The position numbers were made by a program, and so were the translations under genes. A model generated the notes under the pieces. That model was not told the DNA's origin and ran no database searches. It saw nothing but the letters and a program-made list of their open reading frames with translations. From NCBI GenBank assembly GCA_964016885.1, contig OZ024762.1:11222001-11286000 (forward strand): a DNA stretch of 64,000 nt, given 5' to 3'. This stretch comes from Eledone cirrhosa. Lineage: Eukaryota. Shown piece after piece: positions 52,233 through 63,078 of the stretch; within the stretch, counting starts at the first letter, position 1; each line of letters opens with the position of its first letter.

Positions 52233-54725
52233 TAAGTAGATGAAAGCGAGAGAAGGAAATAACCATGAAATAAATTAAAATATGAGTTTCACCTGATTTA
52301 GATTGATATCAAATAATTTACAAGCTTCATCTGAAGGTGTTGACATGTCCATACCAAATGTCTTCCAGGCCTAGAGAAAATAAAGTCATGGAATTGGAGT
52401 AAATTTGAACATCCTGTAATGACTCAGCAGAAAATATCTATAAAAAAAAAGGTTTGTTAATTCAAATGTCTATAGTATATTTATTAGTGGAACATTTATT
52501 AGTGGAATATTAGTAAATTATTTGCAATATTAGAGTGGTTTGGCAGTATTGGTAGAAGGTCGAATGCCATGCTTTGCCGCATAGAGTTACGGCCCTTTAT
52601 GATCTGAGTTCAAATTCTGCCGAGGTTAACTTTGCCTTTCATCCTTACGGGGTCGATAAAATAAAGTACCAGTAATACACTGGATTAATTGCTGGCCTTG
52701 TGCCAAAAGTAGAAACAATTATTGATAGTATCTAAATGTTGTTAATGTTGTGAGAATGTTATGAGGTGGCTGTGGTAGTCTCTGGGTTGTTAATGTTGTG
52801 AGAATGTTATGAGGTGGCTGTGGTAGTCTCTGGGTTGTTAATGTTGTGAGAATGTTATGAGGTGGCTGTAGTAGTCTCTGTGTTGTTAATGTTGTGAGAA
52901 TGTTATGAGGTGGCTGTGGTAGTCTCTGTGTTGTTAATGTTGTGAGAATGTTATGAGGTGGCTGTAGTAGTCTCTGTGTTGTTAATGTTGTGAGAATGTT
53001 ATGAGGTGGCTGTGGTAGTCTCTGTGTTGTTAATGTTGTGAGAATGTTATGAGGTGGCTGTAGTAGTCTCTGTATTGTTAATGTTGTGAGAATGTTATGA
53101 GGTGGCTGTAGTAGTCTCTGTGTTGTTAATGTTGTGAGAATGTTATGAGGTGGCTGTGGTAGTCTCTGGGTTGTTAATGTTGTGAGAATGTTATGAGGTG
53201 GCTGTGGTAGTCTCTGTGTTGTTAATGTTGTGAGAATGTTATGAGGTGGCTGTGGTAGTCTCTGGGTTGTTAATGTTGTGAGAATGTTATGAGGTGGCTG
53301 TGGTAGTCTCTGTGTTGTTAATGTTGTGAGAATGTTATGAGGTGGCTGTGGTAGTCTCTGTGTTGTTAATGTTGTGAGAATGTTATGAGGTGGCTGTGGT
53401 AGTCTCTGTGTTGTTAATGTTGTGAGAATGTTATGAGGTGGCTGTGGTAGTCTCTGGGTTGTTAATGTTGTGAGAATGTTATGAGGTGGCTGTGGTAGTC
53501 TCTGTGTTGTTAATGTTGTGAGAATGTTATGAGGTGGCTGTGGTAGTCTCTGTGTTGTTAATGTTGTGAGAATGTTATAGGCAATGCAGGATTTACCACT
53601 GTGCTTGGCTGTGCTTAAGCACATGGCCCTGCTAAAAAGGTTTTTTACAAATGTTTGGGGCCTCATAACTTAACTACCACAGGGCCTAATTTGTCCTAAA
53701 TCCAGCATTAGTTAGCTTTGGTAGTCTCTGTGTTGTGAGAATGTTATGAGGTAGCTTTGGTAGTCTCTGTGTTGTGTCTGGATGTTGACAGTCAGAGGGC
53801 CGAGGGTGTCTTAGCATTGTCAAGAGGGCCGAGGGTGTCTTAGCATCACTCAGCAAGACCTTTGTCAGCCGCTCTCCAGATATCTATTTAAGGCTGTATA
53901 CAGCTATGGTGCGACCACACTTAGAATTTGCATCACCAGTCTGGAACCCCTATCTTGCTCAGGACATTGACCACCTGGAAACTGTTCAGAGACATGCAAC
54001 CAAGCGAATACCCTCCATCAGGCATCTACCATACTCTGAGCGCCTTGCTTCCCTGGGCATGGATTCATTGAAGCTCCGACGCCTGGCAACTGACTTGGTA
54101 AACACCCACAAAATTGTTAACCATGTTGCCAACAACAACCCTGAGTACCTTTTCGATTTCCATGTGTCTAACACACGTGGACATGCCCACAAAGTAAGAA
54201 AACAGCACAGTTCCCATGACTTTCGCAAACATTTTTTCACGCTCAGAGTTGCTGAAGCATGGAACAAACTACCTGCATCAGTTGTTAGCTGTCGAGACAC
54301 TGCATCCTTTAAGGCCTCCATGCTTCCCGAGATCCGCCAACAGAACAGCTAACACTTACACACATGTACTTCCCTGACATTTGTGTATTATTCTATGTAC
54401 TATATTGACGAGTTGTAGTGCACCTGAGCACTTTACACAATAATTTCATTATTATTATTATCATCTCAACTTTCATAAACAATAAGTAACTGAGACAATA
54501 ACTGGCTCATAAGGCTTGTGAACTACTAAATAAAACAAGCTGACATATACAGCCGAGACTGGTGTGTACAGTCTGCAACTCCTTCTCTTATATTCATTAT
54601 ATTCTTATTTAATTTTTTTTCTTTTACTTTGCTTATTGCAAACAATATATAATTTAATTGAAATTTGTTGAATAAAATGAATTCCAGTAAAACTTTACCT
54701 GTTTATCTCTCCATTGGTAATTCAT
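28984..54725 (-). CDS. TTC38: Tetratricopeptide repeat protein 38-like gene, 14 coding exons, 462 aa
   Basis: The exons listed below all have AG/GT ends and matching phases and sum to 1389 nt. Motifs STPSDEACKLFD, ADPDF.MGH, WENILLDTPLDLLALK, HVYWHWALYHIEKG, DSASLLYRLQLE, GGSNAQRDV and NSPLTDRL match TTC38 as I recall it. Confidence 0.92.
29377..29469 (+). ncRNA. Type-I hammerhead ribozyme motif (GUA site), antisense in TTC38 intron 13
   Basis: acgtat CTGAGGA ccttgcga...tcgccaaa GAAA caattg TA atatgt; palindromic ACAATTGT stem III. Confidence 0.65.
29559..29669 (+). ncRNA. Hammerhead-like motif (GUC site) with core variant CUGAAGU and long stem II
   Basis: gtact CTGAAGT gttgatcagaggta...tacctgatcaat GAAA caattg TC agtac. 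A degenerate partial copy lies at about 29853-29980. Confidence 0.55.
30372..30445 (-). CDS. TTC38: TTC38 exon 13 (RDVLNLLLIVAAMKSPKEQHQKLA)
   Basis: cttgtag / gtaaac boundaries. Confidence 0.88.
30446..31030. repeat. 45-bp minisatellite (about 13 units) built from the exon-13 acceptor region
   Basis: Unit (-): acgagtatttatctatttcacttgcagagaaatatcaccttatat. Confidence 0.9.
31268..32699. repeat. 76-bp minisatellite, about 19 units, TTC38 intron 12
   Basis: Unit gaccgagacagtcctgtgtcctgtctagcatcacaatgtgacatcccatctaacacatgtaggaagtgggatatat. Confidence 0.95.
32792..32948 (-). CDS. TTC38: TTC38 exon 12 (PKGKHFQ...VRYQLHHVGGSNAQ)
   Basis: ttttcag / gtcagc boundaries. Confidence 0.9.
33008..33345 (+). 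mobile_element. R4/Dong-like RLE retrotransposon 3' end inserted in (AAT)n
   Basis: EKINRYQDLKWEVKRIW...VVPIVIGALGTI...LQKACLLGTARTLRYVL*; (AAT)n on both sides. Sister copy at 36926-37235(-). Confidence 0.8.
34326..34491 (-). CDS. TTC38: TTC38 exon 11 (FDCSKEWKAVFEVCPSHINDHMFMFQDIH...)
   Basis: cctacag / gtaagc boundaries. Confidence 0.88.
35133..35205 (-). CDS. TTC38: TTC38 exon 10 (IHPNVTKFGGTRDSASLLYRLQLE)
   Basis: ttaacag / gttagt boundaries. Confidence 0.88.
35668..35706 (-). CDS. TTC38: TTC38 exon 9 (GDYSSAMDLYKKG)
   Basis: actacag / gttagt boundaries; 39 nt. Confidence 0.82.
35930..36925 (-). mobile_element. Degraded R4/Dong-like RLE retrotransposon 3' region
   Basis: WQEKPLYGKY...THQWL..LKSETEGLIISAQDQCLPTKNY, CCHC region, WNFSIQTDRKIDANRPDIIL...LIDMSVP...EKLSKYKDL. 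Confidence 0.85.
37441..37500 (-). CDS. TTC38: TTC38 exon 8 (SCDMLSFHVYWHWALYHIEK)
   Basis: tttgtag / gtaatt boundaries. Confidence 0.9.
37546..37845. repeat. Degenerate minisatellite, about 47-bp unit
   Basis: gatatagcaatgtggtatatgatatgttatgtaatattgtatggtgg repeated about 6 times. Confidence 0.8.
37999..38118 (-). CDS. TTC38: TTC38 exon 7 (SLSINKADIWASHAKGHIWEMQG...DDWS)
   Basis: tatttcag / gtaagt boundaries. Confidence 0.9.
39353..39428 (-). CDS. TTC38: TTC38 exon 6 (YIHGMMAFGLEENNLFDEAEKEASK)
   Basis: ttttgtag / gtaaca boundaries. Confidence 0.9.
40229..40402 (-). CDS. TTC38: TTC38 exon 5 (DYLGACRIWENILLDTPLDLLALK...PHWTPSVPNH)
   Basis: tttacag / gtaagt boundaries. Confidence 0.92.
41625..41980. 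repeat. Minisatellite, about 68-70-bp unit, about 5 units; also dispersed at 37248-37330, 50860-50907 and 51795-51890
   Basis: gagatattatgtgaggtaaagcctttactgtgaaaatacaatagtatatatagagtaatgtaaatgtt. Confidence 0.85.
42011..42182 (-). CDS. TTC38: TTC38 exon 4 (MGHVFQKALAIF...TPWEAQHVDAVECGAK)
   Basis: tctccag / gtaaat boundaries. Confidence 0.9.
42251..42885. repeat. Degenerate (ATC/ACC/GCC)n tract with an internal duplication of about 130 bp; probably the expanded tail of the retroelement remnant at 42886-43075
   Basis: Direct reading; it generates the poly-D, poly-H and poly-M ORFs. Confidence 0.85.
43076..50416. repeat. 7.3-kb minisatellite array in TTC38 intron 3: about 51-bp unit (fixed core plus variable (ATC)n), roughly 140-145 units
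   Basis: Unit cctgaacattcaacatcaggcttttaaagtc(atc)n. The minus frame is open throughout (FKSLMLNVQD8). Confidence 0.97.
50564..50645 (-). CDS. TTC38: TTC38 exon 3 (LTRFCNDASFGGIATTTNKMLQADPDF)
   Basis: cgccag / gtgagt boundaries. Confidence 0.88.
50908..51792 (-). mobile_element. Non-autonomous Helitron-like element
   Basis: Minus strand starts TCTATATATATAAAA...GTCTGTCTGTGTG and ends with hairpin cccgtgcaacaccggg plus ..GTTAG; inserted between A and T with no TSD; internal repeats (cctaatgcgggccctag). Confidence 0.65.
52293..52370 (-). CDS. TTC38: TTC38 exon 2 (AWKTFGMDMSTPSDEACKLFDINLNQ)
   Basis: tctctag / gtgaaa boundaries. Confidence 0.9.
52737..53580. repeat. 48-bp minisatellite, about 17.5 units, TTC38 intron 1
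   Basis: gttgttaatgttgtgagaatgttatgaggtggctgtggtagtctctgt. Confidence 0.95.
53810..54460 (+). mobile_element. CR1-clade LINE 3' end (young family; near-identical copy at 58117-58680)
   Basis: LYTAMVRPHLEFASPVWNPY...LETVQR.ATKRIP...TRGHAHK...FFTLRVAEAWNKLP; (ATT)n tail. Confidence 0.88.
54699..54725 (-). CDS. TTC38: TTC38 coding exon 1 (MNYQWRDKQ)
   Basis: ATG...CAG|gtaaag; phase 0 joins exon 2 to give WRDKQAW. Confidence 0.82.
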
Positions 54726-55741
54726 GATTCGGAAGTAATTGATTTTCTCGTCTCTATTTCAATTGAACAGCAACTATGTTGTGTGACAGCTACAGTGATT
54801 CTCACTGGTTTGTTCACACTATATAGTGAAGCAACCTCTTTTTTATATCTTTCTAATCTCTTTCACTATTTCAAAATCAAAGAAACATAACATATGCACT
54901 GTGTAGATAAAAGCATATAGCCTCCTCTTTATAATAAAAGTCACAAGACAATCTCTTTAGGTCACATATATTGGGGAACAAATGGAAATTAACTCTCTCG
55001 CTATCTCTCCCTCTCATACATACACACAGTGTTGACGGGTGGGTCAAATATTAAGCTGCTGCTATCTTTAGCTATCTATCTTCTGATAGATAGTTATAGA
55101 TAGCTATTTATCCCATGCTAGTCTAGCCGCTCTTGTTCATCCATCTATCCAACCATCCATCTATGTTTATCTGTCTGGCTATTTATTAGCTGCACCCATT
55201 ATATTTGCCACACTCAATATATTTGCCTAACCCATTTTATGAGCCACACTTTTCTAATTAGCCATGCCCAATATATGAGCCTAACCCATCATATTAGCCA
55301 CACCCATATATATAAGCCACACCCAATATATAAGCTACCCCTATTATATTAGCAATCTATACTGTGTAATTGTAAAAATGATCTCCAGTTAAATGATCAG
55401 AGAAACTCAGTAGCAACAGAGTAATATTAGTGTAATAGATATATAATTGTTTCTACTTTAGGCACAAGGCCAGCAATTACCCAGTGCATTACTGATACTT
55501 TATTCTATCGACCCCATAAGGATGAAAGGCAAAGTAAACCTCGGCGGGATTTGAACTCAGATCGTAAAGGGACGTAACTATACTGGAAAGCATGGCGTCC
55601 GACCCTCTACCGATACTGCCAATCACCGCCCGTAATAGATATATAATACTCTCTACTTCGATACTGAGCAATTATCCCTTATGTTTGTTAACCTAAATGT
55701 ACCAATACACACACATACACACACACATATATATCCATTCA

Positions 55742-56255
55742 GATGGTGGATGGGTGTTATACGAGAATGCTGAGGATGGCTCTGAACATTAATCAGTATA
55801 CACTGAAGATGAAAAACTCAGAGCTGTATGGGAGCCTCCCAAAAGTCAGCTCAAAAGTGACACAGAGGAGACTGGGGTTAGCTGGACATGCTCACCGACA
55901 TCCAGAGTTGACATTGCACACAGTGGTCCTGTCGGAGCCCCTGCATGGACACACTGGAAGAGGGAGACCGGAGATATTTATGTGTGTGTGTATATATATA
56001 CAGCTCGAAAGTAACACAGAGGAGACTGAGGTTAGCTGGACATGCTCACCGACATCCAGAGTTGACACTGCACTCAGTGCTCCTGTGGGAGCCCCTAGAT
56101 GGACACACTGGAAAAGGAGACCAAGGTTAATGCATGTTGATGCCCTAAGGACAGACACTGGTCTGTTGGAGACGCAAGACATGGCAACGATAATGAGGGA
56201 CAGAGACCGCTGGAGAGTACTCGTCCATGGATCTCGTGAATTTTAACCACTCTAG
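55742..56255 (+). mobile_element. RTE-like LINE 3' fragment with internal duplication
   Basis: DGCYTRMLRMALNI...QRRLGLAGHAHRHPE...GRGRP; about 125 bp duplicated (55850-55970 and 56000-56125). Confidence 0.8.
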
Positions 56256-56431
56256 AATATATATATATATTTATATCTGTATTTTTAACCGTTGGTCAAT
56301 CAATGATAAACATTGCTTGCCAAATAAATTAACTATTGAGATATAAAAGATGCAGAAGCGAAAACCAACCAAACAGTGAGTGTGTTCTGTTATTATTTCT
56401 GGCAATATTATTACAACAATATGACCCTCCC

Positions 56432-56516
<85 letters not shown>

Positions 56517-56533
56517 TTTATATCATCTCTGTT

Positions 56534-56611
56534 TATTTTATTATATATATTTCAAAGATGCAAAGTTTTATGTATAATATAGACCGAAACATATCCTCTT
56601 CAGACAAAATA
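56534..56611 (-). ncRNA. Minimal type-I hammerhead ribozyme motif
   Basis: uauuuugu CUGAAGA ggauaug...caucuuu GAAA uauaua UA auaaaaua; same stem I family as 22610 and 26776. Confidence 0.6.
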
Positions 56612-57390
56612 CATATGAGCAGTAGCAGACAGGATCTAAAAATATTGGTTGCCAGGAGATGAAGGGGGCCCACCTACATATAGAATGCTATCATTTCATT
56701 TTTATAATGAATAAATAACATTTTCAAAAAATACATAACTGGAAACAAAACAGTGCAATCAAATTTGTGCAGATAAATATCTTACCTTCTCCAATAAAAA
56801 ATATTATGTATTTTGCGAAATCCAGAGACTTTCAATAATGACCAGAAGTCGACCCTAAATATTACTAATAGCTCTAGGAAAGCCATGAACGACATCTTTT
56901 TAACTTTGATTTTGAAAGTAGGTTTATAATTATCAATTTTCATTATATTTCTGTAGCTGTCCCAGTGGCCTAGTTGGAGGAATCATAGACAGTGGTGATC
57001 ATGGGCTGAAGTTCGATCCTGGTTAGGATTAGGGTTCCCAGTAAACCTTTTCAGTTTTTTTTATATAAAATAAAAACTGAAAAAGGTTACATGTACCTCT
57101 TGACCAGGATTGAACCCAATGCCAGGGTCTCCACCGTATCTAGTACCTACCTTTAGGCCACAGAGACAACTACAACAATCTTATTTAAGGTTCCTGGTAA
57201 ACCTTTTGTGTTATATAAATGTATATATATATGTATGTATATATATTGTTATGCTTTGTGAGGGTCATGTTGCCAATAAGGAACACACGCACCAGTTGCT
57301 TTCACTTCAATTTATTATAAATTAAATTTATTAAATTTATAAATTTCCGGTTGGTTGGTTGGTTCCACAACAGACAATTGTTCATATATT

Positions 57391-57433
57391 GTCAAAGTTC
57401 TTTCGTCACACATTCTGTGACCTCTTCAGTGAC
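57391..57433 (-). ncRNA. Minimal type-I hammerhead ribozyme motif
   Basis: guca CUGAAGA g-gucaca-gaaug-ugugac GAAA gaac UU ugac. Confidence 0.62.
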
Positions 57434-57664
57434 TGGGGATTCTTTTCTTTGTTTTTGTTTTTTGTGCCTCTCCTTTGTTCTGTCCTACGCCATCTTGTTT
57501 TTGTGTGTATTGTGTGCTTAGTTTGCGCATGTGTTACATCCGGGTGTCTGTGTGTGTTTATATTTGTGTATTTATTTGTTTATTTACATGTTACTGGTTG
57601 GTTGTTTGTTCTATGTGTGTGTGTTTTCATTTTGTCTTTAATTGTAAGTTGTGATGTTACTATT

Positions 57665-57696
<32 letters not shown>

Positions 57697-57699
<3 letters not shown>

Positions 57700-57888
57700 A
57701 GAAAGTATGACCCCGGCGGCAGAGCTCAAGCCGTTTCGACGGCTATTTCTGGACTAGAAATAGCTGTCGAAACGGCCTGAGCTCTGCCGTCGGGGTCATA
57801 CTTTCTCCTGTTACCCACTCTACGACCCTAAGTATTGAGTACTCTGGTGCGTTATGGTCCATCTGGTTCCTTACCGCAACTCCTTCGT

Positions 57889-57890
<2 letters not shown>
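57697..57890. mobile_element. Second palindromic (TA)n-embedded insert (56-bp arms, 57697-57809, plus tail)
   Basis: Homologous to 26442-26632; the arms differ from each other by 4 transitions. Confidence 0.82.
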
Positions 57891-57919
<29 letters not shown>

Positions 57920-58116
57920 TTATACTATCATATAATATATATATATGTATATTTATATATATATATATATATATACATTTATACTATCATATAATATATA
58001 TATATGTATATTTTTATATATATATAATATAAATATATATATATTATATGATAGTATAAATGTATATTGTTAAGTCTGATTGTAGTAAACAAATGACTTC
58101 CACAACTATTATCTGT

Positions 58117-58680
58117 AGGCTGTATACAGCTATGGTGCGACCACACTTAGAATTTGCATCACCAATCTGGAACCCCTATCTTGCTCAGGACATTGACCGC
58201 CTGGAAACTGTTCAGAGACGTGCAACCAAGCGAATACCCTCCATCAGGCATCTACCATACTCTGAGCGCCTTGCTTCCCTGGGCATGGATTCATTGAAGC
58301 TCCGACGCCTGGCAACTGACTTGGTAAACACCCACAAAATTGTTAACCATGTTGCCAACAACAACCCTGAGTACCTTTTTGATTTCCATGTGTCTAACAC
58401 ACGTGGACATGCCCACAAAGTAAGAAAACAGCACAGTTCCCATGACTTTCGCAAACATTTTTTCACGCTCAGAGTTGCTGAAGCATGGAACAAACTACCT
58501 GCATCAGTTGTTAGCTGTCGAGACACTGCATCCTTTAAGGCCTCCATGCTTCCCGAGATCCGCCAACACTACAGCTAACACATACACACATGTACTTCCC
58601 TGACATTTGTGTATTATTCTATGTACTATATTGACGAGTTGTAGTGCACCTGAGCACTTTACACAATAATTTCATTATCA
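58117..58680 (+). mobile_element. CR1-clade LINE 3' end, copy 2
   Basis: Near identical to 53890-54455. Confidence 0.88.
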
Positions 58681-58737
58681 TATCAAATTTTTCATTATTC
58701 TAACAATTACTTCTATAAAATCATGTTTATTATTTTC

Positions 58738-59342
58738 TCGGTGGATTGGCAGTACCGGTGGATTTGCAGCAAAGAGTTACGTCCCTTTATGGTCTGAGTT
58801 CAAATCCCGCCGAGCTTAACTTTGCCTTTCATCCTTACGGGGTCGATAAAATAAAGTACCAGTAATACACTGGGATAATTGCTGGCCTTGTGCCAAAAGT
58901 ATAAACAATTATTTTCTAAAAGTAAGAGCGGTGGTTTGGCCGTATCAGTAGAGCGTCGGACAGTCTCGCAGCATAGAGTTACGTCCCTTTGCGTTCTGAG
59001 TTAGCTCTGCCCTTCATCCTTACGGGGCCGATAAAATAAAGCAGCAGTAACTACTGGGGTCGATTTAATCAACTTACCCCTCCCCTTCAAATTGTTAGTC
59101 TGGTGCCTAAAGTAGAAACAATTATTTTTTAAAAGTATGGCTGTGAATTAGCAGTACCGGTAGAGGGTCGGACGCCATGGTTTGCAGCATAGAGTTACGG
59201 CCCTTTACGAGCTGAGTTCAAATCCCGCCGAGGTTAACTTTGCCTTTCATCCTTACGAGGTCGATAAAATAAAGTACCAGTAATGCACTGATATAATGGC
59301 AGACCTTGTGCTAAAAAAAAAAAAGTTATTTTCTAAAAGTAT
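58738..59342 (+). mobile_element. Three head-to-tail copies of the major tRNA-SINE
   Basis: 58738-58911, 58928-59122 and 59140-59320, each followed by ttatttt(c/t)taaaagta. Confidence 0.85.
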
Positions 59343-60293
59343 TCCTTTACAAACTATAAATAAATATATCTATCATTTCATTAAAGTGCAAGTGGCTGAA
59401 TATTCCACAGCAAGACTGCTTATGAAAGTCCATTCGATAAACTCAGCCAACTAAATTGGTATGAGTGGTTGAGAGCCATTTCTAACTAATCGGAACTGGA
59501 AGTAACAGGGAGAGAGAGAGGGGTGGCGCGTTTCCAGGGTCTATTTCAAGGGCGGTAACCACTTAGACATGTTTACCAAGCCGTTGAAATCAAAACGAAA
59601 TATTGCTACACACACATGTATAAATAAATAGACATGTGGGCAGGTAGACAGGCAGATAAATAAATAGATATATTTCCTTATTTGCCACAAGAGCAAACAA
59701 GTAATAGGAAATTACAAGACGTGACGGCCGTGATTTTACATAAAATCGTGTAAATAAGTTAAAAACAATTAAAAATATACAATCGAAATAACCGTAAGAG
59801 GGAACGTATCAGCGTTGTTGTTTATAGAAATATAGATAGATGTGTTTCTTTATTTGCCACAAGATATTTGCCATAGATATATTTCTTTATTTACCATAAA
59901 GGTAATATTTGCCATAGATAGGTAGACAGAGATATCTGTTGGGGAAGAACGGACTATATAGATACTTAAAACAGTTATTGTACACAATAATTCCATTATT
60001 ATTCATTAAAAAAATCAGAGATGGAAATGGGACATGTTAGGAGAAAAAGACATAGGGATTATCATTAAATAGACCACAGCTGGAAAATACTATTTACCTC
60101 GTATGTTTTGTATTTTGGTTCTTTAGACTTAACGTCAGCTGGACGGTTAAATTGTTAGACAATCAAGCATAAAACCCGTGACTGTTATCAACTTAGGAAG
60201 CAACTGATAATGATAAACTACGTATTACCTTACGAACAATTTTGATCGGAATTAATAAAAAGCGGATGTTCGATCTCCTCCTCTTGCAGAGCA

Positions 60294-60297
60294 ATGG
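60294..60297 (+). CDS. Candidate start-codon exon end (ATG G|gt) of the intron-containing SLC17 gene
   Basis: ctcctcctcttgcag|agcaATGG|gtaatt; phase 1 joins 63079 to give MEKIKVRY. Confidence 0.45.
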
Positions 60298-61035
60298 GTA
60301 ATTTATTTAAAACTATTTGTCTATTTCCTCCACATCTCTCTAGCTATCTATCTCTCTCTATTTATCTATATATCTCCACGTCTCTCTCACTCACATTCAC
60401 ACACACGTTCTCTTATGTGTGCTCTAGTATAAACATTGCAATATACTTAGTTTCGCAATCGATCACAATACGTAGTTATAGCTGTCTTAGACAGGTATCT
60501 TTATCAAATAGCCTCTTGTGAACCTAAACCTCTTGAGTGAAAATTAGTTGACAGAAACTGTGTCAAAGCCCGCTAGATGGACTGAACGCGCAATCGAAAG
60601 TTAGTCTTGTCATACAGTTTTTCACACTGATTCTACTTGAGAAGTACGTAAAGTGTACACATGTCTGTGGAATACTCAGCCACTTTACACAGTAATTCAG
60701 CGAGTTGGTCGATCGTTATATGGGCTTATGTTATATCGTATCAGGTTAATTCTTATACACGTGTGCATTATCTTATCTGTGTGTGTGTGTATATCTTATA
60801 TAAAGTTTTATATTTGATAGGGGGTGTGTCATATCTTATAATGTTATAATGAGTTTGGTACCAAACCCGTAGCCAGGTTTTCTGCTAGGTAATGCCATTC
60901 GAATATATGTTAAAACATGGGGCTGCCAAAACAAAATAAAGAAATATTGTTTACATGTGATACCTCATGCAAATATTTAAACAAATAGAAAGATATTATA
61001 AGATGTGAATGTATATTCTCTCTCCTCATATGTAT

Positions 61036-61151
61036 ATTGTATATATGCTTTGTCCAAAATACAAGTCAAACCGTATGATATTGTGATATATAAGACAATA
61101 TCACAATATTATACGGTTTGACTTGTATTTTGGACAAAGCATATATACAAT
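61036..61151. repeat. Hairpin, 54-bp arms with 8-nt loop
   Basis: attgtatatatgctttgtccaaaatacaagtcaaaccgtatgatattgtgatat versus its reverse complement; one mismatch. Confidence 0.85.
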
Positions 61152-62699
61152 GTCATTAATGTTTTATTTTGCCTTTACCTGTTGTGTTAATTTTTTAAAA
61201 TAAAATCTTGTTTGATGGGGATGCCAAAACTAAATTTGCTTTTGATAGGGGATGCCGGGCTACGGGCCTGTTTGGTACCAGGTTCGTCGCAATCAGAGCC
61301 TCCAAGAGAAATTTTTTCCAATGCGGTACAAGACCCCTTTGGGGCTCGAAGCAGGCAATGATTTTTCTCAAAAATCTCTTGGTCCCCGGAACAAAGTATC
61401 GGATGAACTATACCCCCCTCCCTCCTCTCATAGGCCCTGGTCGCAACTCATTTCTACAGCTGAGTGAAATGGAGCAACGGCAAATAAAGAATCTTCCTCA
61501 AGGACTCAAAGCACTACACGGTCTGGGAATCGAGCTCACAACCCTACGATTGTGGATCAAACGCTCTAATTACTAAGCCACGCGCCTTCACAGTATTATA
61601 CAGGGTGTCCCCAAAAAATGTATAAACACTTCAACAGCATTCTAAAAAATATTGCGTGTACAGGTAATCAAAGTGTGTATATATTTGGGTGAGGCGGGGG
61701 GCAGCAGGGGAGCTGGACAACAGGAGGTCTTCAGAGAACCCTGTCCCACTCAAGCCAGTGTTCGGCCCCTTATATAAATTTGGATATTATGTTGTTATAT
61801 GGGCGTGTATCAAATCTTACGATGTTATATTTTATATAACGCATGCGTCATGTGTTATATAATGTTATATAATGTTATGTCTCAATGTATATATGTATGT
61901 ATGTAAGTATGTATGTATATATGTATGTCAGGTCACCAGTTGGTGCTACTGGTAACATGTATCCCAGTACAACCTGTCCCATGGTCGGGTCGTTGGCGAC
62001 TAAACTGGCAACCCTACCAAGGTTTCTTGGTGAGGAGGGTGACTTTGGACATCCTGCAGGACTAAAAACAAAACCTGTCAAAGGGCAAAGGAGCTCTTAA
62101 GAGTCAATGGCCATCCAAAATCACCGGGAGAGATGACCCCTTAGTCTTTGTCAAGGCAGAATTCTAGGAGAAGGAAAACTCTGATATAACACCTTCAACC
62201 TTGATGGTATCCAATGATGTTGACTTGTTCTTCTTTTTGGTAAATATCATCTTGGTTAAGAGAGTGGGACTGGCTTTGTGCGGTGCCTTTGCTCACTATA
62301 AAAGCTTCATGGCACAGGCATTGCTTTATATCTGGAGATCTCTCTGCACTTGTTGTCACATGGTACCATGGGCCCAGTACTATGTGTCAATAATTGTCAC
62401 AAGTGTAGTGTTTGTACCAGAGTTTTCAAGTCGCTGGCTGGACTAAAAAGTCACACTCGTTCAGCGCATCGGTAGGGGTTCTCCTACATGAATATAAAGT
62501 AGTGGCCATACTCGAAAACGAGTTGGCAGCCACCATATATGTATGTATGTATGTATGTATGTTAGTATATATGTATGTATGTATGTATGTATGTTAGTAT
62601 GTATGTATGTTAGTATGTATGTATGTATGTAAGTATGTATGTATATATTTATGTATGTATGTATGTTAGTATATATGTATGTAAGTGTGTATGTATGTA

Positions 62700-63035
62700 T
62701 GTCATGTCAGAGGTGTTGGCCTCTGTAGTGATAATGATGATGATGGTGGTGGTGGTGGCCTCTGAAGTGATGATGATGATGGTGGTGGTAGTGGTGTCCT
62801 CTCTAATGATGATGATGATGATGATGGTAGCAGTGATGGTGGCAGCAGTGGTTGTGGTGGTGGTGGTGGTGGTGGTGTCTGTAGTGGCCTCTCTAGTGAT
62901 GATGATAATGATGATGATGATGACCATGATGATGGTAATGATGATGATGGTGAGGGTGAGGATGATGATGATGATGGTAATGATGGTAATGATGTTGATG
63001 GTAATGGTAGTAATAGTAGTAGTGGTGATGATGGT
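62700..63035. repeat. (GAT/GGT)n low-complexity tract
   Basis: Direct reading. Confidence 0.85.
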
Positions 63036-63078
63036 GTGCTCTGTTTAACTTTCTCTCCATTTCTCTCTACTTTTTCAG

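Noticed and set aside
52719-53666. 315-aa mucin-like ORF (NILTTLTTQRLPQPPH)n
   Set aside because: 48-bp intronic minisatellite; a unit length divisible by 3 explains the open frame.
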